Source: Octopus bimaculoides (Eukaryota). Taken from it: a DNA stretch of 64,000 nucleotides. The position numbers were made by a program, and so were the translations under genes. The stretch spans positions 23,315,495-23,379,494 of the forward strand of contig NC_068998.1 of assembly GCF_001194135.2 (NCBI RefSeq), in the 5' to 3' direction. Positions 51,660 through 63,960 of the stretch are shown here, in pieces; within the stretch, counting starts at the first letter, position 1; every line of letters starts with the position of its first letter. Under the pieces are notes generated by a model. That model did no database searches. It was not told the DNA's origin and worked only from the letters and a program-made list of their open reading frames with translations.

Positions 51660-52680
51660 TGGCTTTTGCCAAAAATTTAAACTGATGAGATTGATTTCTA
51701 TAATCTCAGTAGAAATTCCAAACTCCACGAAAGACAAGGAACTTTATGAAAGTGTATAATGGAACATGTTTTATGGCTCATGTGGTGAACTCAACCCAGC
51801 TGCACCTTGCATGAAAGACAAGAATTGTACGAAATACTATGCTAAAAGTTTCATTAAAGAAACGCAAACGGGTAATAAGGTATATCCGTCATGTATAAGA
51901 ATGGATAGTGCCTTAATGCCTTCTTTTGTCTAAGACATTCAATGCTCAAATATTTGTTGAATATTCTTATTCTATAAAGTCAATTAAGTACATTTCTAAA
52001 TATGTTAAGGGTTCTTATGCTAAAATTCTCAACCTTCAACAACAGACATTTCACGATGAAGTGATACATTTCCAAATGGGGCGGTATATTTGCAGCAATG
52101 AGGCTTTTTGGAGAATATTTTGTTTTCTTATTCATGAAAGATATCCTCCAGTGAAACAAATCTCAGCTCATTTAGAATATATTTCACTACAGAGACTGCT
52201 GCTCAGCAATCTACAGCTCTAAGGGAAGCTACATTAAGAGCATTTTTCAAACATTGCCAGAAAGAGTCTATCGATAAAATCCTGTTGTACTAGCAATTAC
52301 TATCATACTATACACGAAGCAACACACAATGGAATTGCAGAAAAATAGGCACTGAGGTTGATGGTTATCCTGATAACCTATTTGACAATGTTCTGGAAAG
52401 AGGTTATACTGTGCATCCAACTCAGCAGGAATGATTTTACCTACGTTTGGTTCTCCATGAAATTCGTGTTCCCATATCTTTTATCGACCTTTGAACTGCT
52501 GATGGTTAAGTTTGTACTTCGAATAGAGAAGCAGTTTCTAGGTTAGCTTTGTCATTGGATGGCATCTATGTCAGAAGCTTCTGTGTCTTGCACAGGAGGC
52601 TATTTAAGAACACTGTTTGCTATTCTCCTTAAATACTGTGATTTAGGGGATCCAGGATAAATATGGCTGTCTCGTATAAT
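51660..52680 (+). mobile_element. Helitron Rep domain remnant
   Basis: ISVEIPNSTKDKELYESV, GSCGELNPAAPCMKDKNCTKYYAK (HGPCG..N...PCM), FNAQIFVEYSYSIKSIKYISKYV (HINVE...KY..KY), RYICSNEAFWRIFCFLIHERYPPV and RGYTVHP...FYLRLVL. A possible 3' end CACGCGGGTAAAATCTCGT lies at about 52940-52958. Confidence 0.92.
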
Positions 52681-53849
52681 GGGAATCAACAATTACCTCC
52701 CCTTAAATTTTTTCCTACATGTTGGTTCATTTACAAATAATTTCTTATACACGTAATTTGAAATTAAAGCTCCTTAAGAAAATATACGAAGTTACAATAT
52801 TTTCACCAATTTCAACGTCACGATTAGGAAAACGCGAAACAGGTAGAAGCTTATAATATACAATCCTTTAAAATGTATTAAAAACATAAATTGTGTGCAT
52901 TCTTCTTCCGTCATTATATATTTTTTCACTACAACTCACCACGCGGGTAAAATCTCGTCAACGAAATTCTTATTTACCATATATATATCATGTGTGTTTG
53001 TGTGTTATAACTATTGCCTGCTTACTATAAACGAATTAGCGACTAGTTAAGTTAATACATGCCAAAGTGTAATATGTTTCCTTTCTTTCACTTCACGATG
53101 ACAGTAGAATTGATTGAAATCATGACGATTCGCTCCCTTGCTTCGGATATGAACTGCATAAAAATTGACATAACAGTGTGTCTGTCAGTGTGTCTGTCAG
53201 TGTGTCTGTGTGTATGCGTGCCTGTGTGTCTGTCTGCCTGTCTGTATGTATGTCTGTATGTATGTATGTATGTATGTATATATGTATGCATACACTTACG
53301 GTGATATGTTTTTGTTTACCGCTGTATGAATCACAATTCATAATGGGAATATTTGTGAATAACGATGGAAGAGAGTAAAACAACTTAAAACAGAATAATT
53401 TACGCAGCCACTCGCTGAACAATATCAAACAATACACTCTGTTTAGTGATGTACTCTATCACATGGATACTTTTTCATGTTGTATGATTGCGGTTTATGA
53501 GGAAGAATTACAATAGTTGTATCAGAACATGTGGTAGTTATGCAACTATAGTGTATCATGTTTTCCTGAGGAGTAATGGGTAGAAGTTCAATATACGAGA
53601 AGACAGTTACTTTACTAATGTCATTGTGATGTCGGAAAATAGAACCTGTAAAAAAAATCATGAAAAAACATTATTAATGCTGTTGTCAATCGCTGCATCA
53701 TGCGAGATTCGTTTTCTAAAACAATCGCTTAAATTATTTACGACCATGGTGAGTTGTCATACAAGACTTTTCAATGTAAATTATTATGATATTAAGAATA
53801 AAATAGCATTATTGACGATGAAGGTGGTGTTGCAGTTGCTGTTGCTAAC

Positions 53850-53907
53850 GGCGACGACGACGACGATAACGACTATGAGATTGATGATGATGATGATTAT
53901 GATGATT

Positions 53908-53962
<55 letters not shown>

Positions 53963-53975
53963 CGACGATTGTGAT
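53850..53975. repeat. (GAC)/(GAT)n microsatellite
   Basis: Directly visible. Confidence 0.95.
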
Positions 53976-55239
53976 GTTGTTGGTATTGACGGTAAAGCTG
54001 GAGGTCATAGTGTTCGTATGAATAAATAGATTATCACAGCGACTGTTGCTGTAAACTGTAGAATATGAAATGTAAAAAACGAAAATTGGCAAACAAAATT
54101 AAAACCACTAAAAACAATGACCAGTAAAATATTAATAGAGAACGGAGTCAAAGATATTTTGTGAGTGATTTTCATTGCAATATTGGCTTAAATTATAACA
54201 ACCAATGTTGACACTGGTCATCGAATAGAGATGTTATATATTCAGGCGTTTATTTTAGTGTCTGTTGGTAAATTACTCAACTTGAAAGTAATTAGAAATT
54301 AATTTTTGAGTGAGAAAGTTCTGAGTTATTAGGACACTTTTCAAGCGGATATTTTACATTTAATCAAACTCAAACATCAAATGTCTACTTTAGCTGATAC
54401 AAAAGCAAAGTATAAACTTTTGTCACTCTTCTGTTAGTATTACTGTGGCACAGTTACATTGGTATCAAAATGGAAATCTCCACATGAACACTTGAAAGTA
54501 TTATCCATGAGTTTATTGTATTTAAATAGCTTTGCTATCTACATATATGTGTACCAATAATATAATCTCCAAGCAAAGTCCATGCGGCACGGTACGTGAA
54601 AAAGCTGGCTATTTCAAGAAAATATTTCTTCCGACAAATCTCCACGCAGATTCCGTCTGCCCGAATGTCACTCATAAACATTATATTATCCACGACTTGC
54701 AGTAAATTGTTTCATTTTCATTGAGTTAGATCGTATACGAGGCTTCGAACAAAAGACTTAAGCATTCAACAAATAGTACATCATATTTTATTAGCCTGAC
54801 ATTGCAAGTGCTTCACATGAGTCTCAATTGTACGTAAACAAATACTATGCTCAAACCTAAGTTTCGCAACTGTATGCTGGTTTCATTTATTGAGCTGAGA
54901 CCAAGCTCCGCTAGAACTGATGTAATCGACGCTCGTTATATTTCTAATTAACCTCGTAATAGTAAAAAGCAAAGCAGCTTCTGAAAACAATGATACATAA
55001 TCAGCAAAATTTGATTATCTAAAGCTTCACTAATAGTAATAAAAATACTATAATGCGAGTATCTATGCAGCACAGAGAGATAGAGGGCGAGTAAGTGAGA
55101 ATGAGTTACCATGTGGCTGTCATAATGCTGGAGTATGAGAGCGGATTTTTATCCATTCCGCTTCCCTCTTATTTGGTTGAAGATTTCTGCCTGTTAGGAG
55201 TTGGCATTTTTAGTCTTGCATGTGCTATATTCGTGGCTT

Positions 55240-56540
55240 ATGTTTGGTGCATGAAAGAGATTATACCACCATTCTTGACGTCTCTATTGCATGCCAAGAT
55301 GTTGGGTGATCTAGTCGCGCATATATGAGTGCTTCCACTTTCCTTCTGAAGGTGTCCACATTGTGCAAGTTTCTTTTGGTGGTGCATTGAAAAACTGTGG
55401 ACATATAAATCTCGAAGTATTGCAGTAACTGGTACTCATTTGGTATGGATTGGACGGTACCTTTGTTACAACACACTGACTCCCAGTACGAGAATTTCTT
55501 TACCCGTTCCTGACATGTGAAATTATTATTTGTCTCTGTTTCTTCGCTCTTGGAAATAAAGTCTTAATTTTTTAACCTCATCCAGTAGATCATCTCCTGC
55601 ATAGTCGTAAGCCATAGACCAGGTGTATAAGAAGAAAGGTCTTCTGCAGAAAGACTTTGGTATCCATTAATGCAATTGTCTACAGTTGCTATGTTGGAAA
55701 TGTGCACATGTAAGGATGCATTATTACACATCCTACTTCCCTAATCTCTCATTCTGTGTGACTTAGAAATTGTATTGGGTTGTCCGGAAAGTTCGTACCG
55801 ATTTTTAAAGGAGAGAAAAAGGTCAATAAATACTTGCCATTACATTTTTAATCAACCAAATATGAAACATTTCTTTGTAAAATACCTCTCTCTCTTTCCT
55901 TTAACTAGAAAATGTCCTCTTCCCGGAATTGAGGTGGTTTCATGGCAAATAAGTCGAAAGGTAAGCTACTATAAATCGGCACGAACTTTCCGGACAACCC
56001 AATAGTATTTTCTGGTCTTGAATATATTTGCAGCCTCTGGTGCATTTGTGAGATGATAGTGCAGTTCTTCAAACTTTCCATAATTAAACTGCATATTTGC
56101 TTTGTTTATCCCACCTGTATATTGCATTTAGATCCCACTTCAATTTTGCAACAACTTCAGCAATCTTTATTTTTCTGCGATAATTTTGTATCACTGCCAT
56201 AGTTAATAACACTGATTGTCTGAGTGACCACGGGCATGTCTTGGTGAGCTACTTTAAAGAGTAATGTCTCTCAGATAAGTCTCTGGCGCACTTCACTCAG
56301 AATATGTCTTTTACTTGAGAGGGCGCCAGTGACTCCAACTGACTTCTATTATTTAAGAGGTCATTCAGCTACTCTCGTAGATTACTAGCTATACCAAATC
56401 ACCAGGATGTGGCACATCACGCCATGGTGCACCTTGTCAAATGCATATGCAGAGCACCCTGTCAATATTTGAATGGAAACTCAAATCCTACATTTCCCAT
56501 AGAGAGGGGTGAGTCAGCTCCTTCCTGGCTGGGTAACATT
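55240..56540 (-). mobile_element. CR1-clade LINE RT/3' fragment, interrupted by a MITE
   Basis: AFDKVHHGVMCH (KAFDKVDH), NMQFNYGKFEELHY (MQFN..KF..L.Y), MQEMIYWMRLKKLRLY..ERR and PQFFNAPPKE.LHNVDTFRRK. Confidence 0.8.
55773..56004. mobile_element. Mariner-derived MITE, copy 2 (232 bp)
   Basis: 32 bp TIRs TATTGGGTTGTCCGGAAAGTTCGTACCGATTT / AAATCGGCACGAACTTTCCGGACAACCCAATA with one mismatch and TA ends. Confidence 0.95.
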
Positions 56541-56849
56541 CAGCAATTTTTTTTGTTTTTTGTTTTAGGTAAGTTATAAGCTTCAATCTGAGGATTGATT
56601 CCATGATTTTGCTGATACGTTAAGTCAAAGGGATGTAGTATATAGACTGCGTAGTTCCTGATTTTAAGAACAAGATATATGATGCCTTGTCTTAGCTTTT
56701 TAGGAAATTTTGAATTTGCATGTAAACGCTGCCTGCTTATGACATCGAGTGAAAATCTGGGAAACAATCAGATGACGTTGTTGAGTATACACGCATTGCA
56801 TGTATGGTTACTGTTATTTTTGCCTCCTCAATATCTGCCGCTTCTCCTG

Positions 56850-57255
56850 CAGTCATGTGCTCTCATACGAGGAGAAATATCGCATCAAATTTTGCCAAAA
56901 GCTTGGTGAAACCCAAGCTCAAACCAACCTGAAGATTCAGCTGGACTTTGACAATGATGTCATGAGAAAAACTCAGGTCAACGAGTGGTTAAACCGCATC
57001 AGATAAGGTCGTATCTCAGTGGAGAATGAGATACGCTCACGGAAACCATCCCCAGGCCTAAACCAGGTGACGATTGAGAAGGTCCTGCGAATAGTTATGG
57101 AAGGACGTATTGTAACAATCCCGGATATCATACATGAAGTGGAAATAAGTGCATTCCATTTCAATGGAAAAGTTTTCGATGCGGAAAGTGCTGCCGAAAT
57201 TCGTTCCGAACTTGCTGGTGAAACAAAAACAACTCCGCATGCAAATCCCTGTACA
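56850..57255 (+). mobile_element. Mariner transposase N-terminal (HTH) remnant
   Basis: EKYRIKFCQKLGETQAQT...TQVNEWLNRIR*GRISVENEIRSRKPS...IEKVLRIVMEGR...MRKVLPKFVPNLL. Confidence 0.88.
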
Positions 57256-58019
57256 TAACAACGTTATAGGAGAGCAAATAACGCTTCCAATCAAGTTTAG
57301 ATCATTTTTTGATATTTTAAAAGCTAAATATAATTATCTTAGCTTCAATGATAGAAGAAAGCATGCGGAATTCCATAGTGTTGGTCACATGCAACAAACA
57401 TTTATATAAAACGTCATGAGGTAAAATATCAAGAAAAATAATAGAAGTAAAGCAAAAAATTAAATTTAAGTATAATTAACTTTTTTTATTTTAAAAACAA
57501 ACTATATTTTAATCACGCTAAAATAACAGAGCTTTACTCGGGGAATTTCATGGTATCAATCGCATGCAATGAAGTCTTAAAGGAAAAAAAAATTATGAGT
57601 GATTGTTTCTAAAATTTGAGGGTGATAATATAGTACTATACTGTTTTATGAAGATACTTCAATAAAGGGACTTTTAATATGTGTCACCGGCATCATTGAG
57701 GTAAGGAAAATTATCAACGACACCGCTAAATTGCAATTAGTTTAATTATGTCATCTGCATTAATTAATGCAATTATATCATCAAAATGAAAAAAATTGAA
57801 ATATTAGAAATTTTGGCAATCTTTCGTTCTAACTCGAAGGCGTATGCGCACAGCTCAGCTGTTACTTTATGGCATTCGGTAAATTCCGTAAGAAGTGTTT
57901 ATTTATTTATTTTTATGAGTAGTATTAAATTTATTATTCAGTTTTCAATAAGGTAAAATCTTGAATTATTAATTGACACATTATCAATTAACATAATAAC
58001 ACAGTCTGGAAAAACATGG

Positions 58020-58820
58020 ATTACATAGGAAAATGCTTGCAAGAGGAATATAATTTTTAAGATTATAAACCTTGAAAAGTACAGACCAAGTTTAAACACT
58101 TCGAAAAGTTCAGGACAAGCTATTACATCTGGTAATGTACAAAACAAGAAAATTTATAATTAAAATATTACAGCTGAAGTTAAACTTTGAATATTAAATA
58201 TTATTTGATTCTAATTTACAAAGTAACATTTTAATTCTAAGAGTAACTATCATTTTGTTAAAATATTGACACACTAGAAGACTTAAGAAATGAGCGCCAT
58301 AATTACCCGATATAGAAAAAAGTCTTATGCAAAGTAGAATAGTATATATATTGTAGGCAATTCATTATTTAAAAAATAGGCATTGGGTCAAGACTAGAAA
58401 TCTGAAGACTTTGCAATAACGGAAGCAAATTTTACTGTAGATTTGTTAATATAGATAGATTTTACTGCAATATATAAATAATTTTTGTATTATTCTCTTT
58501 ATTGTATAACTAATTATGTACAGCTATTATTTTTATAACCTATTTTTAAGTTTCTAATTATTAATTAATACTTTAAAAAATGAATTCTTTCAAAATTCAA
58601 AAAGTATTTTGAGTTATTTTTAATTTATAATAGACGTAACAATTAATTGTTTTAATAAAAGCTAATATTATCTAAATCTAAATATCTTATTCGAAATTTT
58701 ATCCTTAGCTGCAATATCTTAAGTAAAAATTCCCTTCCTCTGCATTTTACCAGATACAATGACTTTTTACAGATTTATAATCTTCAGAATATTCCTCTTG
58801 CTCGCATTTTTCCATGTAAT
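58020..58820. repeat. Diverged inverted repeat (58020-58200 vs 58670-58820)
   Basis: ATTACATAGGAAAATGCTTGCAAGAGGAATAT..TTAAGATTATAAA matches the reverse complement of TTTATAATCTTCAGAATATTCCTCTTGCTCGCATTTTTCCATGTAAT. Similarity continues through ATCTGGTAA and ATATT.CAGCT. Confidence 0.75.
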
Positions 58821-60142
58821 ATATATAACAATCTATTTATTTATATACATATATGCATATACACACATACGTATACATGCGTACATGCATACAGGCATAC
58901 ATGCACACATGTGTGTGTGTATGTGTGTACGTACATATGTGTGTATGTAATATTAAACACCGTGTAAAAACAAGACTATTTATGCTAGTTGATATGGAGT
59001 TGAAGGAAGTGGCAAAGTATGACGACATATTTTATTAAAATTACTCTCTAAATATGAACGAGAATCAAATGTTTTCAAGAACATATAGAACAGAAAGTGA
59101 TGCTATTCACAACAGTGTTATTTGGAAGAAATCTATAAATATACACACACGAACGAAATGAATACCTGTGGCATAAATACAGAGAAGGCATCAATGTATT
59201 ACAATAGTATACGATTTAATGAACTCCAATATGGCACAGATTCAGTTATCTTTAGACTTGTCTCCACATATTCAATTTCATAATATTGGTAACTCGCAGC
59301 ATAGAGTAAGACAACCTTGCTAAATATATATGTTTGCTAAAAATGAGTATGGGCAAAGCTCGGAGACCAATATACTGGCGATAAGGAGGTTCCATTGTTA
59401 TTGTATAGTGCTTTTGATATTGAAATACTGCACTATATACCTAACATGAAATCTCGAGATCTTTTAATAATTTAAGCACTTAAAGTAGCAGTCCGCAGAA
59501 GTCCAACTCAATAATAGAAACATCATATCGGTAACTCTGATATCTCAACAATACCCATAACTCCATCATTAGATAAACGGTACCTATATACTACCGTCTC
59601 TCAGACGGAAAGACTATATTATATCCTAAAGCCACAACCACTTTAAAAGATGAGATCTAGTCAATTATGAAACTTCTTTATACACTGTTCGGTAACTGCA
59701 GCCGATTTAAACATATTTTTATCTAAATGTTCTTTCACTCACATGTGATGTATGAATTTAATGTGATACATCTAAAGCCGCAGGTAAATAAACAGGAATT
59801 TTGTTTTCGTTTGATTATATATTTTTTCAATTACAAGGCTTTCATGTAAGTATATTGAAGTTGAATTCAGACGCGTTATCGATCTTTGATCGATATTTTT
59901 ATCTATATACATTCTCAAGCATATTTTTTTTTCGAAAAATTCTTTTGTTGTATTATTTAGTTTTTAATAATGAAAGTTTGGTGAAAATATTTCTATTTCA
60001 ACTGGAAAATATATGACGCATAACAATGTTTATAAACATGCATGAATTTGTAGACGTGATCATACATGTAAGAGTGTATATGCGTTAAAGTATATAAGTA
60101 TCAATGTGTGTGAGCAAGTAAATATAGATGTGTATTAACATG

Positions 60143-60180
<38 letters not shown>

Positions 60181-60740
60181 NNNNNNNNNNNNNNNNNNNN
60201 NNNNNNNNNNNNNNNNNNNNNNNNNNNNNNNNNNNNNNNNNNNNNNNNNNNNNNNNNNNNNNNNNNNNNNNNNNNNNNNNNNNNNNNNNNNNNNNNNNNN
60301 NNNNNNNNNNNNNNNNNNNNNNNNNNNNNNNNNNNNNNNNNNNNNNNNNNNNNNNNNNNNNNNNNNNNNNNNNNNNNNNNNNNNNNNNNNNNNNNNNNNN
60401 NNNNNNNNNNNNNNNNNNNNNNNNNNNNNNNNNNNNNNNNNNNNNNNNNNNNNNNNNNNNNNNNNNNNNNNNNNNNNNNNNNNNNNNNNNNNNNNNNNNN
60501 NNNNNNNNNNNNNNNNNNNNNNNNNNNNNNNNNNNNNNNNNNNNNNNNNNNNNNNNNNNNNNNNNNNNNNNNNNNNNNNNNNNNNNNNNNNNNNNNNNNN
60601 NNNNNNNNNNNNNNNNNNNNNNNNNNNNNNNNNNNNNNNNNNNNNNNNNNNNNNNNNNNNNNNNNNNNNNNNNNNNNNNNNNNNNNNNNNNNNNNNNNNN
60701 NNNNNNNNNNNNNNNNNNNNNNNNNNNNNNNNNNNNNNNN
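60181..60740. other. Assembly gap (N run)
   Basis: Run of N flanked by (TA)n. Confidence 0.99.
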
Positions 60741-61237
60741 NATATATATATATATATATATATGAATATACACATATTTTTATATGTCTGTATATACATA
60801 TATACAGTTAATGGACGGTGAGATACCATAGGGTAATATGTATGCAAGTTTGATTTTGAGTATCATCTTCATTATATATTAGGGTGTGAAAGTATAGAAC
60901 GTTTTTAATGTATATCATTATGTCATATTCTGAATTTGAGTTAACATTTCGTTTACCTGACTTCTGGTATACCATTATATTCTACAGAGTTTATTCCATT
61001 TCTCCTTTCTTACTTTACTCAAAATTATATATATATATATTTTTCCTTAATGTACGAAATTTCTGACCAAGAACAGTAATGAAATTACACTTTACTTAGC
61101 TTATTCGAAGATACAACTATAAATATCACCATATCTGCCTATAAACATAAACCATACGTATTACTATACTTGTGTGTACGAGTGTATACAAACAGAAATA
61201 AATTTACATCGTATCTTGCATGCATACATACATGTAT

Positions 61238-61312
<75 letters not shown>

Positions 61313-62027
61313 CATATATATATGGTTGCGCATATCTATATACATTATACATGTATAAATAAAATATATATGCATATATACATATATATGCATATATGGG
61401 TACACGATTTCATAGACCATCGGCCATCATTCTTCTAACTTGAGTTTCTTTGTTTCTTTCCGATCAGGCGCATTCTTTTCTGTCTCCTGTCAATGCTTGT
61501 TCCTTCAACGTTCGCCACCTCAGCTCGTTAAGGCTTAGCAGCTCTTTTTGTTTGATTTGCAGTCCTGTTTTCGTTATCAAATTTGACCCTCCGGAAAATC
61601 CCAAATGTTACTTAACTTGCTTTGCGGGAGCAACTCTTTTGTCGACGACGTATCTTGTCGTGAATTCCTCGAAATAGGTAGTAGGAAAACAGCCGAGAAC
61701 ACACAAACGGTCGTTTTTTTTTATGTTGCTTGTCTTGTTTTCGATTTGTTTCTTTTGTTGCTCCACCCAAATGTTCGTACTCCATGTTTTCGTATCTCAT
61801 ATTGTTTACGTACTATGACGTCCTGTACCCTTATATGCATATGTATATACATATATATGTAAGTATGTACGCATATGTATGTATATATGCATATATATAT
61901 ATATATATATGTGCGTGTGTGTATGTGTGTGTATAATATTTATACTTTTATAGGATTGAACGCCAAGCATCCATTTCGAAGTAAGTTTTACATATATATA
62001 TATTTACTTATATATATTATATATATA

Positions 62028-62209
62028 GGGAGAAATCACAAAAGAAAAAACAAAAGACGAAGACAGATGGTGTAGAAAACAAACAGATGTATTAGTATAA
62101 CTTTCGGGAATTGAAAAAGCTTTAACGTTTCGAGCCTACGCTCTTCTGGTCTCCCACAGAAAGGAAAACAGAAAGAAACAAGGAAATAAAAAATGTGTGT
62201 AGTGTTTAG

Positions 62210-62211
<2 letters not shown>
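62028..62211 (-). mobile_element. PLE-type terminal repeat (pLTR-like) element
   Basis: Contains, on the minus strand, AGAAGAGCGTAGGCTCGAAACGTT, a GAGC/GCTC stem followed by GAAAC as in PLE hammerheads. Flanked by (TA)n. Confidence 0.5.
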
Positions 62212-62250
<39 letters not shown>

Positions 62251-62272
62251 CATATCTTCATATAAGCACTAC

Positions 62273-62360
62273 AATTATTTCGACCTATCTAGCATCGGTC
62301 CCTGAAGGGCAGAATACTTAAGAACTGGTTCAGTAGCATCTGACGATGCAGATGTGTTTC
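62273..62360 (-). mobile_element. PLE-type terminal repeat remnant, homolog of 1185-1280
   Basis: Shared TCTAGCATCG..CCCT.A..G...GATACTTAA.AACT...TGCAGAT.TGT.TC. Confidence 0.5.
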
Positions 62361-63329
62361 TTCGGATGATAAATGAATTTGACTCCTTAAATTGACAGTT
62401 CTGTAGTGTATCTTCTCAGTTCGTGTAAAGAAAAGCAGAAAATTAAAGCATACAGCTTCATTTATATAAAACATCAATACTAAAATAACAGATGCTAAAA
62501 AAGAAACAAACACTCAATGTTCTTTTGTTTGTTATATATACATATATTATATACAACGGTGTTTCATTTGGAGCCATGCACAGCTGCATACATATATACA
62601 TGCATACATATATATATATACACATATGTGCCAGAGAAAGAAAGAGAGGGAGAGAGAGAAAGACGAAGACATACATATTTATATACACGCACATACACAC
62701 ACACACACTTCTATATCACATATATTTTCCACTTCATGACAATCAGGTTTATGACGGGTTTACATTGAATCCCTTTAAATATACACTTTAGTATACTTTA
62801 AATACTTATATTTTATTTCTGTCTTCAAATGAAGGTCAACATTTAAATTGTAGAAGCATCTTAATTTCAGTGTATATATGCATGTCCCTCGGTGTGTATA
62901 AGATCTACAACGATACTTACACGTCCCCATATAAATAACTGTATGCAAAATATTTAACGCATCTTATATACCTAGAATGTTTAAACATGTTAACTTGAAC
63001 ATTTTTGTGTAGTTTCTTTTTTTGTTTAAATGTAAGTATCAGAATACGAATATATTACAAATAGATTCATATGTATGGGAATATTATGCTGCGAAGCGTA
63101 GTAAAACTGAGAAAGATGAGAAACTGTTAAAATGATGAAAATCTATTGGGCTGTTGCCGAACTTGATACTGGTTAAAATGGAAACAGTCAAACATTGCAG
63201 GATAATCGTAAATGTGTTTTATATGAATCTAATCCCAATCTATATGAAGAAGGATATCGTGTTAAGCATATAAGATTTTGAGTTTGCAATCTGCGAAGCA
63301 AAACCATATATATAACAAGAAAATAGATA

Positions 63330-63850
63330 TAAAAATATTCCGGATCTTATCACCCACAATCCCAGTAGACACAAAATTTTACATTCAATCAAATTCTACG
63401 CCAGTCCCCCAAATCTCCGAAAGATACTGAAGGAACAACAGATCCTCAACAGCCGAAGACCACCACCTAACCTTAAGAGACATCTAATCAAGGCAAGTTT
63501 CACAACAGTGAAAGAAACCACGCAAGTAACACTGTGTGGAAACCCTCGATGTGGGATATGCGTATTAATCAAATAGGGATCAGCCCAAAAACTTTTTAAA
63601 TGGGAAGGAGTTAAATGTATATGATATATGAACTACAAAATCAAATATATATATATATATATACATATACTGTATCACATGCCAACGATTCTATGAAAAC
63701 TATGTTGCAGAAACAAAAGCAAAATTAAACAGCCATGTATTTGTGCATAGACACCAACTAAAACATGCCACGCTAGATGTATACCTTGCATCAACCACTT
63801 ATTCATTTGTATACAAGGAAAATTCACAATATTCCCCTTTTATAAAATAA
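63330..63850 (+). mobile_element. Penelope-like (Poseidon-type) linker + GIY-YIG remnant
   Basis: ITHNPS, QILNSRRPPPNLKRHLIKASF (KSKRQPPNLK), LCGNPRCGIC, YCITCQRFYENYVAET and GKFTIFPFYK. Confidence 0.85.
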
Positions 63851-63852
63851 AT

Positions 63853-63960
63853 TTGCAGAAATACCCGCGTTTCCCGGGTAAAGGAAATAATGAAATTTTA
63901 AAATGCCTTTTACATCTCTAACATGAAACATAGTCTACGCAGAGACACAATATCTTTTAA
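63853..63960 (+). mobile_element. Possible Helitron-like non-autonomous element terminus
   Basis: GCAGAAATACCCGCGTTTCCCGGGTAAAGG contains a TACCCG/CGGGTA hairpin like invertebrate Helitron/HINE ends (from memory). Confidence 0.35.

Noticed and set aside
41380-54092. Poly-Leu/Ser/Arg/Met/Val ORFs at 41.5, 49.3, 51.5 and 53.8 kb
   Set aside because: They are translations of trinucleotide microsatellites.
600-60847. Long ORFs (110-390 aa) in the ORF track at 0.6-1.0, 16.6-17.9, 18.6-19.7, 20.1-20.8, 31.0-31.5, 45.1-45.9 and 60.1-60.8 kb
   Set aside because: They are open only because they cross N-runs and (TA)n/(CA)n tracts.
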